A stretch of 44,494 bases of DNA from Candidatus Bathyarchaeota archaeon (GTDB lineage: Archaea; Thermoproteota; Bathyarchaeia; TCS64): assembly GCA_050053595.1 (NCBI GenBank), contig JASFTK010000002.1:1-44494 (forward strand), in the 5' to 3' direction. The notes below the pieces were generated by a model. The model did not search any database, had not been told where the DNA came from, and saw only the letters and a program-made list of their open reading frames with translations. The translations under genes and the position numbers were made by a program. Of this stretch, positions 36,721 through 44,494 are shown piece by piece (positions within the stretch are counted from its first letter, which is position 1; each line of letters begins with the position of its first letter).

Positions 36721-38172
36721 TCAGGGCTCCCTGTTGGGCCCGGGTCGCAGGATGTCGTGGGGGCCGATCTCCTTGGCCCCCCTCTCGGTGACCAGGGCTA
36801 GCCTCGCCTTCTCCCACATCTCGGGGACTGTCCTCGCCCCGACGTAGCCCATCGCCGCTTTGAGGCCGCCGACGAACTCCCCGATGATGTCGCTCACCGG
36901 CCCCCTGTAGGGCACCCAACCTTCCACCCCCTCTGAGATGGACTTGCTCGGCTGGGAGTACCGGTCCACCACGAACCTCTTCTTACGGGCCCTCGGGCTC
37001 CCCATCCCATAATACTCCTTGTAATACCGGCCTTCCAATGCGACTAGCCTCCCGGGGCTCTCACTGCAGCCCGCGAAGACGTTCCCCATCATGGCGCAGG
37101 AGGCGCCGACGGTGAGGGCGACGGCGATGTCCCCGGGGTTCCTGAGGCCCCCGTCTGCGATGACCGGGACCTCCGCCCCGTACTCCTTGACAGCGTCTGC
37201 AGCCTGGGAGGTCGCGTACAGCGTTGGTGCCCCGGCCCGGGTGACGACGCTGGTGCTGCAGATGCTCCCGCTCCCGATGCCGACCCTTAGACCGGATATG
37301 CCTTCGAGCTGGGTGAGGCAGTCCTCTGCGGCCTCGTAGGTCCCGATGTTCCCGACCACCACCTCGGCCTCAACCTCCTTGAGGATCCTCTTGGTGGCCT
37401 CGAAGCAGTTCTTGTTGTGGAAGTGGGATACGTCGGTGATCAGTACGTCGACATACTCGTCCAGGGCCTTGGCCCTGTCCAGGTCGAAGGGGGAGGTCGC
37501 AGCGGCGCAAATCAGCCTCCCCTCGTCATCCCTCACCGCTTCGGGGTAGGTCCCCTTGAGGGTGATGTCTTTCATGGTCATCAACCCACTGACCCGCCCC
37601 TCCCCGTTGACGATGGGGAGCTTCTCAATCCGGTGCTCGTGGAGGGTCCTCTTAGCCTCCTCAAGGGTGGTCTCCTCGGTGCCTGTCACGACCTCCTTGG
37701 TCATGACATCCCTCACCTTGAGGCCGCTCTCAGCGAGCCTCACGTCCCTCCAGGTCACGATCCCCACCAGCCTGTCGCCTCTCTCGACGACGGGGAAACC
37801 GTGGATCCCATGCTCGTCCATGAGGCGGAGGAGTTCCTCGACTGTGGTCTCAGGGCCCACGGTGATGATGTCCCTGATGATGGCGGCCTCCGCCCGTTTC
37901 ACAGCCCTAGCCATCTCCACCTCCTCCTCCCTGGTGCAGTTCCTGTGGAGGACCCCCATGCCGCCCTGGCGGGCGAGGGCTATCGCCATCTCGCTCTCGG
38001 TGACTGTGTCCATGGGGCTTGAGACGAACGGGGCGTTGAGGGCTATGCCCCGGGTAACCCTTGACTGCACCACCGCCTCATCGGGTTCCAGGGTGGTCCA
38101 GCCTGGGAGGAGGATCACATCGTTGAAAGTGAGGGCATTATCCGCGTCCCTGAACTTATCACGGAAACCCAT
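36721..38172 (-). CDS. guaB: IMP dehydrogenase with CBS pair
   Basis: LTFNDVILLPG, SSPMDTVTE, two CBS repeats, the catalytic loop GIGSGSICST, and GGLRNPGDI. I prefer ATG 38172 (or 38199) over the track start 38370. Confidence 0.9.
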   Translation of the reverse strand: MGFRDKFRDADNALTFNDVILLPGWTTLEPDEAVVQSRVTRGIALNAPFVSSPMDTVTESEMAIALARQGGMGVLHRNCTREEEVEMARAVKRAEAAIIRDIITVGPETTVEELLRLMDEHGIHGFPVVERGDRLVGIVTWRDVRLAESGLKVRDVMTKEVVTGTEETTLEEAKRTLHEHRIEKLPIVNGEGRVSGLMTMKDITLKGTYPEAVRDDEGRLICAAATSPFDLDRAKALDEYVDVLITDVSHFHNKNCFEATKRILKEVEAEVVVGNIGTYEAAEDCLTQLEGISGLRVGIGSGSICSTSVVTRAGAPTLYATSQAADAVKEYGAEVPVIADGGLRNPGDIAVALTVGASCAMMGNVFAGCSESPGRLVALEGRYYKEYYGMGSPRARKKRFVVDRYSQPSKSISEGVEGWVPYRGPVSDIIGEFVGGLKAAMGYVGARTVPEMWEKARLALVTERGAKEIGPHDILRPGPNREP

Positions 38173-38417
38173 CTCTTCACACTCAAATTTAAACAGCATA
38201 CCCTTAACCCTGTCTATTAACAATTTCGTTTCAAAAACGATGTAAAAAAGAACCCCTGAATGCGCCTTTAATCCTCTGTGAAACTTACCGGGCCCTCGGG
38301 GGGGGGAGGTGGAGACAGTCCTCAGGGTAAACCCGCCGTAACCTCCAACCCCCTGCCGTGGCTTCTTCATAGGATCGTGATGGCCCTTTCAACCTTCCCT
38401 GTCGGGCTGACGTTAAT

Positions 38418-38424
38418 GTTAAAT
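38418..38424 (+). promoter_or_regulatory. TATA-like box (GTTAAAT) upstream of the 2-hydroxyacid dehydrogenase gene
   Basis: This is the third copy of the heptamer. It lies 46 nt upstream of ATG 38464, with GGAGG at 38451-38455. Confidence 0.4.
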
Positions 38425-38463
38425 CCTGTGCCCCTCAAACCCGAACTGTCGGAGGATCAGGGT

Positions 38464-39420
38464 ATGAAGGTGCTGGTAGGCGCAGGAAAGAGGAACTTCC
38501 CCGAGGACCTAGCGGAGGAGCTGAGGGAACACGCGGAGGTGGAGTACGCCTCCCCCGGGGCTCCCTTGTATAGCGAATTGCTGAGAGAGGCGGACGCCGC
38601 CATAGTGGGCATGGAGACTGTCGACCAGGGATACCTGGACAAGGCCCCGAGGTTGGGGATAGTCGCCCGGTTCGGCGTCGGATATGACAGCGTCGATGTC
38701 GAGAGTTGCACTCGACGGGGCGTCCATGTAACCCACACCCCGGGGGTCCTCTCAGGGGCTGTCGCCGACCTCACCTGGGGGCTCATCCTCTCCGTGATGA
38801 GGGGGATCCCCGATTCAGATTCTTATGTGAGGGAGGAGTGGGCGAACAGAGCTCGGAGACTCCCTTTCGGCGCCGACACTGAGGGGAAGACCCTCGGCAT
38901 CCTGGGACTGGGCCGGATCGGGGGCGAGGTCGCCAAGAGGGCTCAGGGCTTCGATGTCACGGTCATCTACCATGACGTAGTGAAGAGGCCCGAACTGGAG
39001 GCGTCTCTGGGGGTCGAGTTCCGGGAGTTCGACGACCTCCTGGAAGAGGCGGACATCGTCACCATCCACGTCCCCTTGATGCCCTCGACCCGGGGACTCA
39101 TCGGGAGGAGGGAGCTGGAGCTGATGAAATCTACCGCCTACATAATCAACACCTCCAGGGGCCCCGTCATAGACCAGACCGCCCTTGTTGAGGCGTTGGA
39201 GAAGAGCGTGATCAAAGGTGCGGGGCTCGATGTCTTCGAGGTGGAGCCGCTTCCTCTTGGGGACCGCCTCGCGGAGCTGGAGAACACTGTCCTCACCTCC
39301 CACATCGGATCGGCCACAGCTGAGACCCGGAGACAGATGGCCGTGGTCTGCTATGAGAACGTCAAGGCCTTCCTAAAGGGTGAGACACCCCCGAACCTGG
39401 TTCCTGAGCAGAGATCCTGA
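38464..39420 (+). CDS. D-isomer-specific 2-hydroxyacid dehydrogenase (glyoxylate/hydroxypyruvate reductase-like)
   Basis: NAD fold GILGLGRIGGEVAKR, INTSRG, and the catalytic region E...L...N..L.SHIGSAT. I prefer ATG 38464 over the track start 38278. Confidence 0.8.
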   Translation: MKVLVGAGKRNFPEDLAEELREHAEVEYASPGAPLYSELLREADAAIVGMETVDQGYLDKAPRLGIVARFGVGYDSVDVESCTRRGVHVTHTPGVLSGAVADLTWGLILSVMRGIPDSDSYVREEWANRARRLPFGADTEGKTLGILGLGRIGGEVAKRAQGFDVTVIYHDVVKRPELEASLGVEFREFDDLLEEADIVTIHVPLMPSTRGLIGRRELELMKSTAYIINTSRGPVIDQTALVEALEKSVIKGAGLDVFEVEPLPLGDRLAELENTVLTSHIGSATAETRRQMAVVCYENVKAFLKGETPPNLVPEQRS

Positions 39421-39485
39421 CCTCTCCCCAGTTCCCATCCAAAGGATTATATGATTTTCCGGCTAGCTTGCGAACGGGTTCCTTG

Positions 39486-40889
39486 ATGGGAGAAGATGAT
39501 TTCGTTCACCCTTACATACCGAACTCGGTCCCCGAGGTCAAACAGGAGATGCTCAGGGAGATCGGGGTCAAGTCCGCCGAAGAATTATATTCAGAGATGA
39601 TCCCCCAAAGGCTCCGCCTCAACGATCCCTTAGATCTCCCTGAGCCTTTCACAGGTGAGCTTGACCTGAAGAGGCACGTCGAGGGGATCTTGGGGCGAGA
39701 TGTGGACGTTAAAGATTATCTCAGCTTCCTTGGGGGGGGCTGTTGGGGGCACTATGTTCCGGCTGTCTGCAGTGAGATTGCGGGGCGGAGCGAGTTCCTG
39801 ACAGCCTACGCTGGGGGGTCTTACTCTGATCTGGGGCGTTTCCAGGCAGTCTTCGAGTTCCAGAGCATGATCGGGGAGCTTGTCGGGATGGAGGTCTCAG
39901 GTCTCCCCACCTACGACTGGGGCTCCTCCGTCGGTAATTCTGTCCGGATGGCCCAACGCCTGACGGGGAGGAGCAAGGTGCTAGTCCCCCGGATCATCAG
40001 CCCAGCAAGGCTCTCCATCATCAGGACTTTCGCCCAGCTACCGGTGATGCCGGGGCATATCGAGATCGAGGAGGTGGGATACGACCCTGAGACCGGACAC
40101 CTCGATCTCAGTGACTTGGAGTCCAAGATCGACGGGGAGACTGCAGCAGTCTACGTTGAGAACCCTTCCTATTTGGGGGTGGTTGAGACGGAGGGTCAGG
40201 AGATCGCAGGGATCGCCCACAGCCATGGAGCCGAGTTTGTGGTGGGTGTTGACCCGATAACCCTCGGGGTGTTGGTGCCCCCCAGTGACTACGGTGCGGA
40301 CATAGTCTGCGGTGACATACAGCCCCTGGGGATCCCCATGTTCGCCGGTGGGGGTCTAGGCGGGTTCATCGCGTCGAGGGATGAGGAGCGTTATGTCGCT
40401 GAGTACCCTCTCCGCCTCATCAGCATCACGGAGAATGACCGTGGGGAGTATGGCTTCGGTCAGTGTCGCTTCGACAGGACCAGCTACATAGGACGGGACA
40501 AGGCAAAAGACTGGATAGGTACCACCACAGCCCTATGGGCTATCACCGCAGGGGTCTACATGGCCCTCATGGGCCTCCAGGGGATGCGGGAGGTCGGCGA
40601 GGCCATACTCCGGAAAGCCCGATACGCAGCCAACCGTCTCTCCGAGATAGAAGGGGTCGAGATACCCCTCACCGGCTTCTTCAAGGAGTTCATCGTTAAC
40701 TTTGACGGCGTTGATCGAGAGGTCTCGGAGATCAATGGAGAGTTAGGCGCGAGGGGGATATTCGGCGGGAAGGATGTCTCACAGGAGTTCCCTGAGCTGG
40801 GCCAGAGTGCCCTCTACTGCGTCACCGAGACCCACAGCAAGGATGAGCTGGATAGGCTGGTTACCAACCTCAGGGAGGTGTTGGCATGA
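39486..40889 (+). CDS. gcvPA: glycine dehydrogenase (decarboxylating) subunit 1
   Basis: FVHPYIPNS...EMLREIGV..AEELY and the overall P-protein alpha-subunit pattern. Length is about 467 aa. Confidence 0.9.
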   Translation: MGEDDFVHPYIPNSVPEVKQEMLREIGVKSAEELYSEMIPQRLRLNDPLDLPEPFTGELDLKRHVEGILGRDVDVKDYLSFLGGGCWGHYVPAVCSEIAGRSEFLTAYAGGSYSDLGRFQAVFEFQSMIGELVGMEVSGLPTYDWGSSVGNSVRMAQRLTGRSKVLVPRIISPARLSIIRTFAQLPVMPGHIEIEEVGYDPETGHLDLSDLESKIDGETAAVYVENPSYLGVVETEGQEIAGIAHSHGAEFVVGVDPITLGVLVPPSDYGADIVCGDIQPLGIPMFAGGGLGGFIASRDEERYVAEYPLRLISITENDRGEYGFGQCRFDRTSYIGRDKAKDWIGTTTALWAITAGVYMALMGLQGMREVGEAILRKARYAANRLSEIEGVEIPLTGFFKEFIVNFDGVDREVSEINGELGARGIFGGKDVSQEFPELGQSALYCVTETHSKDELDRLVTNLREVLA

Positions 40890-42427
40890 CCGAGCTGAGG
40901 CCCTACCACGCCCCAGCATGGAGCGAGCCCATCATCCACGAGCTGGGCCGCAGAGGGGAGAGGGGGATACGTATCCCGAGGGTCGAGAAGGGGATAGATG
41001 AGGCTGTGGGGGGCGTCGAGGAGCTGTTGCCGGGGAAGATGGTGCGCAGGGATCCCCCAGCCCTCCCTGAGCTCTCCCAGCCCCATGTCCTCCGCCACTA
41101 CCTCAGGCTCAGCCAGATGACCCTGGGTATGGAGCTGGACATCGACCTGGGCGTGGGTACCTGCACCATGAAGTACAGCCCAAAGGTGAACGAGGGCTTA
41201 GCCGCCATGATCGCCGACGTTCACCCGTTGCAGGATGAGGGGACGATGCAGGGACTCCTGGAGATCGTACACAGATTCGGGGATGTCTTCCTCAGGGAGG
41301 TCTCGGGGATGGACGCCTTCAGTTTCCAGCCTGCCGGGGGCTCCGCGGCGGCTTATACCAACGCCTGTATCATGCGGAAGTATCACGGGGATCGAGGGGA
41401 GCTGGGGCAGAGGAATGAGATAGTCACCACCGTCTTCAGCCATCCCTGTGACGCCGCCTGCCCCGCCACCGCCGGTTTCAAGGTGGTCACCCTGTACCCT
41501 GAGGAGGACGGGCTTCCCAGCACCGATGCTTTGAAGGCTGCGGTCTCGGATCGGACTGCGGGTCTCTTCATCACCAACCCCGAGGATACCGGGATCTTCA
41601 ACCCCCGCATCGACGAGTGGACCTCCATCATCCACGAAGCCGGGGGGCTCTGCTCCTACGACCAAGCCAACGCCAACGCACTGCTCGGGATAACCCGGGC
41701 CAGGGACGCGGGCTTCGACATGTGCTTCTTTAACCTACACAAGACTTTCGGGAGCCCCCACGGCAGCTCGGGCCCCGGATGCGGTGCAGTCGGGGTCACC
41801 GAGGAGTTGGAGCCTTATCTCCCTGTGCCCGTGGTTGTCGAGGAGGAGGGGCGATATAAGCTGGAATACGACAGGCCACGGAGCATTGGGCGGGTCCGGG
41901 ACTTCATGGGGAATGTCCAGGTGGTGTTGAGAGCCTACGCCTGGGCTATGAGCATGGGGGCCCGGGGGTTCAGGGAGGTCGCAGAGATCTCAGCCATCAA
42001 CAACAGCTACCTGGAGAAGCTGCTCCTCTCCATCCCTGGCATCTCCAAACCCTACGGAGGGAGGCGCTTGGATCAGATCCGTTACAGCCTTGAGGGGCTC
42101 AAAGCGGAGACCGGGATCGGCATCGATGACGTCAACCGCCGTATCATCGACCACGGGATCCAGAGCTACTTCACCAGCCACCACCCCTGGATCGTCCCTG
42201 AGCCCTTCACCCCGGAGCCATGCGAGACCTACAGCAAGGCTGACATCGACTACTGGGCGGAAGCCCTCAAAACGGTCATCGAGGAAGCCCGCAGCGACCC
42301 CGAGGTGGTCAAATCGGCGCCCCACCGCTCCTCGAGTCACAAGGTGGACCCCGCCCCCTTCGACGACCCCGAGAGATGGGCCATGACCTGGAGAGCTTAC
42401 CAGAGGAAGAGGAGGGGTAGACGATGA
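40886..42427 (+). CDS. gcvPB: glycine dehydrogenase (decarboxylating) subunit 2
   Basis: LPELSQPHVLRHYLRLSQ..., the PLP-lysine motif FNLHKTF, and an ATGA overlap with gcvPA. Confidence 0.9.
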   Translation: MTELRPYHAPAWSEPIIHELGRRGERGIRIPRVEKGIDEAVGGVEELLPGKMVRRDPPALPELSQPHVLRHYLRLSQMTLGMELDIDLGVGTCTMKYSPKVNEGLAAMIADVHPLQDEGTMQGLLEIVHRFGDVFLREVSGMDAFSFQPAGGSAAAYTNACIMRKYHGDRGELGQRNEIVTTVFSHPCDAACPATAGFKVVTLYPEEDGLPSTDALKAAVSDRTAGLFITNPEDTGIFNPRIDEWTSIIHEAGGLCSYDQANANALLGITRARDAGFDMCFFNLHKTFGSPHGSSGPGCGAVGVTEELEPYLPVPVVVEEEGRYKLEYDRPRSIGRVRDFMGNVQVVLRAYAWAMSMGARGFREVAEISAINNSYLEKLLLSIPGISKPYGGRRLDQIRYSLEGLKAETGIGIDDVNRRIIDHGIQSYFTSHHPWIVPEPFTPEPCETYSKADIDYWAEALKTVIEEARSDPEVVKSAPHRSSSHKVDPAPFDDPERWAMTWRAYQRKRRGRR

Positions 42428-43227
42428 GGCTGGAGGGGCGGGTCGCCTTGGTCACCGGCGCGGCCCAAGGCATCGGGGAGGGGATATCAAGGGTATTGGC
42501 CAGGCATGGGGCCATGGTCGCCCTCACCGATGTTTCCAGGAGGGTCAAGGAGACAGCTGAGGAGATCTGGGGGGAGGGCCACTCGGCAGAGGCTTGGGCG
42601 ATGGATGTGACCCAGACGGACGGGGTGAACCGCGTCGTTGGTGAGATCCTCGATGAACACGGCAAGATTGACATCCTGGTTAACAACGCCGGGATCTACC
42701 CTCGCAAGAAGCTGGTGGAGATGCCAGACGAGTTCATGGAGGGGATGTTCGACGTCAACATCTTCGGGATGTTCCGATGCTCCAGGGCCGTCCTCCCCGG
42801 GATGATGGAACGCCGCTACGGCAAGATTATCAACATCTCCTCCGTCACCGGTCCCAAGGTGGGGACCCCGGCTGGGGGACAGACGGCATACGCCGCCACT
42901 AAATCCGCAGTCCAGGGATTCACCGTCGCCCTCGCCCTTGAGACAGCCCAGTACGGCATAAATGTCAACTGTGTCATGCCCGGGTACATCGAGTCAAAGA
43001 GCGCTTGGGAGCTCCGGGGGAACCAGGGGGAGGCAGACGCCCTGGAGAGGATGAGAGAGTTCGGACTTGAGATCCCATGGGGTCGCCAGGGGACCCCCGA
43101 GGAGGTGGGGGCACTGGTACTATTCCTTGCATCCGATGACTCCCAATACATCACGGGGACCAGCGTTGTCATCGACGGCGGGAACGCCCTCCAAGAAGAG
43201 TTCCTGGGTCCCTACCGCCGGAAGTGA
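42424..43227 (+). CDS. SDR family oxidoreductase (FabG-like)
   Basis: TGAAQGIG, NNAG and YAATKSA (YxxxK). ATGA overlap with gcvPB. Confidence 0.85.
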   Translation: MRLEGRVALVTGAAQGIGEGISRVLARHGAMVALTDVSRRVKETAEEIWGEGHSAEAWAMDVTQTDGVNRVVGEILDEHGKIDILVNNAGIYPRKKLVEMPDEFMEGMFDVNIFGMFRCSRAVLPGMMERRYGKIINISSVTGPKVGTPAGGQTAYAATKSAVQGFTVALALETAQYGINVNCVMPGYIESKSAWELRGNQGEADALERMREFGLEIPWGRQGTPEEVGALVLFLASDDSQYITGTSVVIDGGNALQEEFLGPYRRK

Positions 43228-43230
43228 CCC

Positions 43231-44349
43231 TCACCGGGAGCTGACTTTGTAGACAGACCGCCGGGCATACCCGGTCACCACCTTATGGTAGCCCGTGACC
43301 AACTCATCAACCTCAGGATCCCCCGTGTCCACCAGAAGGGTCCGACCCTTGAGGCCGGCGAGCTTCTCAGAGGTCGCAACGATAATGACATTCCCAGCCC
43401 CAACTTTCCTGATCACCCGGGGACTGATCTGCTGGTTCCCCCTGCCGAAGACGAAACCCTGCCCCCCGATAACGGTTACCACGATCCTAGCCTCCCGACC
43501 GTCAAGAAGCCCTAGGAGCTCCTCCTCGTTGGCGTCCCTCGCCACCATCCTCCCGTCCAAGACTGCATCGACTCCCAGAAGGGTCTTATCGAGACCGAGC
43601 ATCCCGGCAATAGGGCGGGTGGTGGTCCCTGGTCCTATGATGTAGAGGACCCCCTCCTCCATCCCCTCGACCACCTCACTTGCGATGGCCTCCAAGGCGA
43701 TCTCCCTGGAGCCGTGACTCGCCTCCTTGGAGCCTTGGACAAGCGCCTCCTGGTAGGGGACCCTGAGGTAGCCGTAGAGCCTTGCGGAGAGGCGGTTGTC
43801 CCTGTAGGCCTCCTCATCGATATCCATGACCTCAAGCTCCCTGAGCGTTGACCCTTCCCCCCCGAGATATCGGGCTGCGAGATCCCCCGCCCTCGCCGGA
43901 TTGATACCGAAGACACCAGACTGGATCTTGACCCCTGCAGGGATCCCCAGGGCGGGGACCTCCCCGTCCACCGCTTCGTAGATATCCCGGGCTGTCCCAT
44001 CCCCGCCGGCAAAGAGGATGAGATCGACCCCTAACTCCCTCATCTCCCTCGCCGCCCTCCGGGTGTCTTCCGCGGTGGTCCTCCCCGGGGGAATCTCCCC
44101 GATGACCGTGGCCTCGAAACCGGCCTCTACTGCCTCGTACTCCCCCATCTCCCGGGGATAGGTGATGATCTCGATCTCACCCCTGAGCCGTGCAAGCCTC
44201 TTGAGGGCTTCGACGGCCCTGCTGGGGGAGACGGGGTCTGCGCCGAGCTCTTTGGCTTTCTCCAAGGTCTCCAAGCCGTCGGTGCCTTTCAGCCCCACCC
44301 TGCCCCCCATCCCCGCGACGGGGTTTACTATGAGCCCCAATCTCTTCAT
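43231..44349 (-). CDS. ATP-NAD kinase family protein (AcoX / COG3199-like)
   Basis: LGLIVNPVAGMGG, the GGDGT motif (LFAGGDGTARD), and GIPAGVK. I prefer ATG 44349 over GTG 44388. Confidence 0.75.
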   Translation of the reverse strand: MKRLGLIVNPVAGMGGRVGLKGTDGLETLEKAKELGADPVSPSRAVEALKRLARLRGEIEIITYPREMGEYEAVEAGFEATVIGEIPPGRTTAEDTRRAAREMRELGVDLILFAGGDGTARDIYEAVDGEVPALGIPAGVKIQSGVFGINPARAGDLAARYLGGEGSTLRELEVMDIDEEAYRDNRLSARLYGYLRVPYQEALVQGSKEASHGSREIALEAIASEVVEGMEEGVLYIIGPGTTTRPIAGMLGLDKTLLGVDAVLDGRMVARDANEEELLGLLDGREARIVVTVIGGQGFVFGRGNQQISPRVIRKVGAGNVIIVATSEKLAGLKGRTLLVDTGDPEVDELVTGYHKVVTGYARRSVYKVSSR

Positions 44350-44404
44350 GTTGTACCGCTCCCTGATGTTCCCCTCATACCCTTCCACCTTGAAAACGGG
44401 CGTC

Positions 44405-44494
44405 TCAAGCCTCCTCGTATCCGCAGAAACGGAGGGCTGTGAGGGCCAGGGTACGGGCGGCGGCGACCAGCTCCTTCACCTCGACGTACTCGTC
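44405..44494 (-). CDS. C-terminal fragment of an unidentified CDS (5' end lies outside the window)
   Basis: The minus-strand frame is open from the window edge to TGA 44407-44405 (...DEYVEVKELVAAARTLALTALRFCGYEEA*). It is too short to identify. Confidence 0.3.
   Translation of the reverse strand, partial: DEYVEVKELVAAARTLALTALRFCGYEEA

Noticed and set aside
37417-38245. Two overlapping + strand ORFs (201 and 229 aa) antisense to guaB
   Set aside because: Shadow ORFs opposite a highly conserved IMPDH gene.
38173-38370. In-frame upstream extension of guaB (MKKPRQGVGGYGG...)
   Set aside because: It has no IMPDH similarity and runs through the A/T-rich promoter-like region. IMPDH homologues begin about 10-15 aa before the LTFxDV motif.
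38278-38463. Upstream extension of the 2-hydroxyacid dehydrogenase ORF
   Set aside because: It contains the GTTAAAT box and a GGAGG element that fit a start at ATG 38464. The homologous N-terminus is MKVLV.
1-44494. Search by eye for tRNA T-loop motifs (GTTCGAAT/GTTCAAAT with flanking stems), rRNA, CRISPR-like regular repeats, and transposase or integrase genes
   Set aside because: None found in any spacer or ORF. A by-eye scan cannot exclude small or degenerate elements, so tRNAscan, Infernal and a repeat finder should confirm.

Overview
High-GC (roughly 60% by eye), gene-dense window with about 38 complete CDS plus a fragment at each edge. It looks archaeal. A/T-rich TATA-like boxes, three with the core GTTAAAT, sit about 25-45 nt upstream of start codons, often implying leaderless or short-leader mRNAs, and oligo-T tracts follow several genes. 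Gene content fits: TrpB2, TruD, AlaX, two-subunit GcvP and a two-ORF PurH. Most genes are housekeeping or catabolic. Bases 1-6168 hold a same-strand run of transporter plus amide-bond hydrolases (MFS, M81/MlrC-like, D-aminoacylase, creatininase-family, DUF362 Fe-S protein, HIT). Next come a CoA-disulfide-reductase/rhodanese fusion divergent from an OYE flavoenzyme, then MscL, AlaX, LemA-HtpX, an M20 peptidase, a TPP enzyme, TrpB2, pyruvate kinase, an arginine-deiminase-like enzyme, PurH, TruD and GuaB. The right end holds a 2-hydroxyacid dehydrogenase, gcvPA, gcvPB and an SDR on the + strand, followed by a minus-strand ATP-NAD-kinase-like gene. The best candidate for an uncharacterised system is the translationally coupled five-gene minus-strand block at 21284-27755. 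It encodes an extracytoplasmic transglutaminase-like protein, an unclassifiable polytopic membrane protein, a MoxR AAA+ ATPase, a DUF58 protein and a second polytopic membrane protein. The component families are known but the module has no assigned function. Other items worth a second look: TrpB2's conserved N-terminus has no in-frame start codon; the two PurH domains are separated by a single in-frame TGA; an isolated secreted protein carries QW repeats; a 740-aa protein resembles a PHP-type metallohydrolase; an exported protein would mature with an N-terminal His; and a 331-nt spacer is unexplained. I saw no rRNA, tRNA, CRISPR array, transposase or integrase. All protein calls rest on motif recognition by eye, not on database searches.
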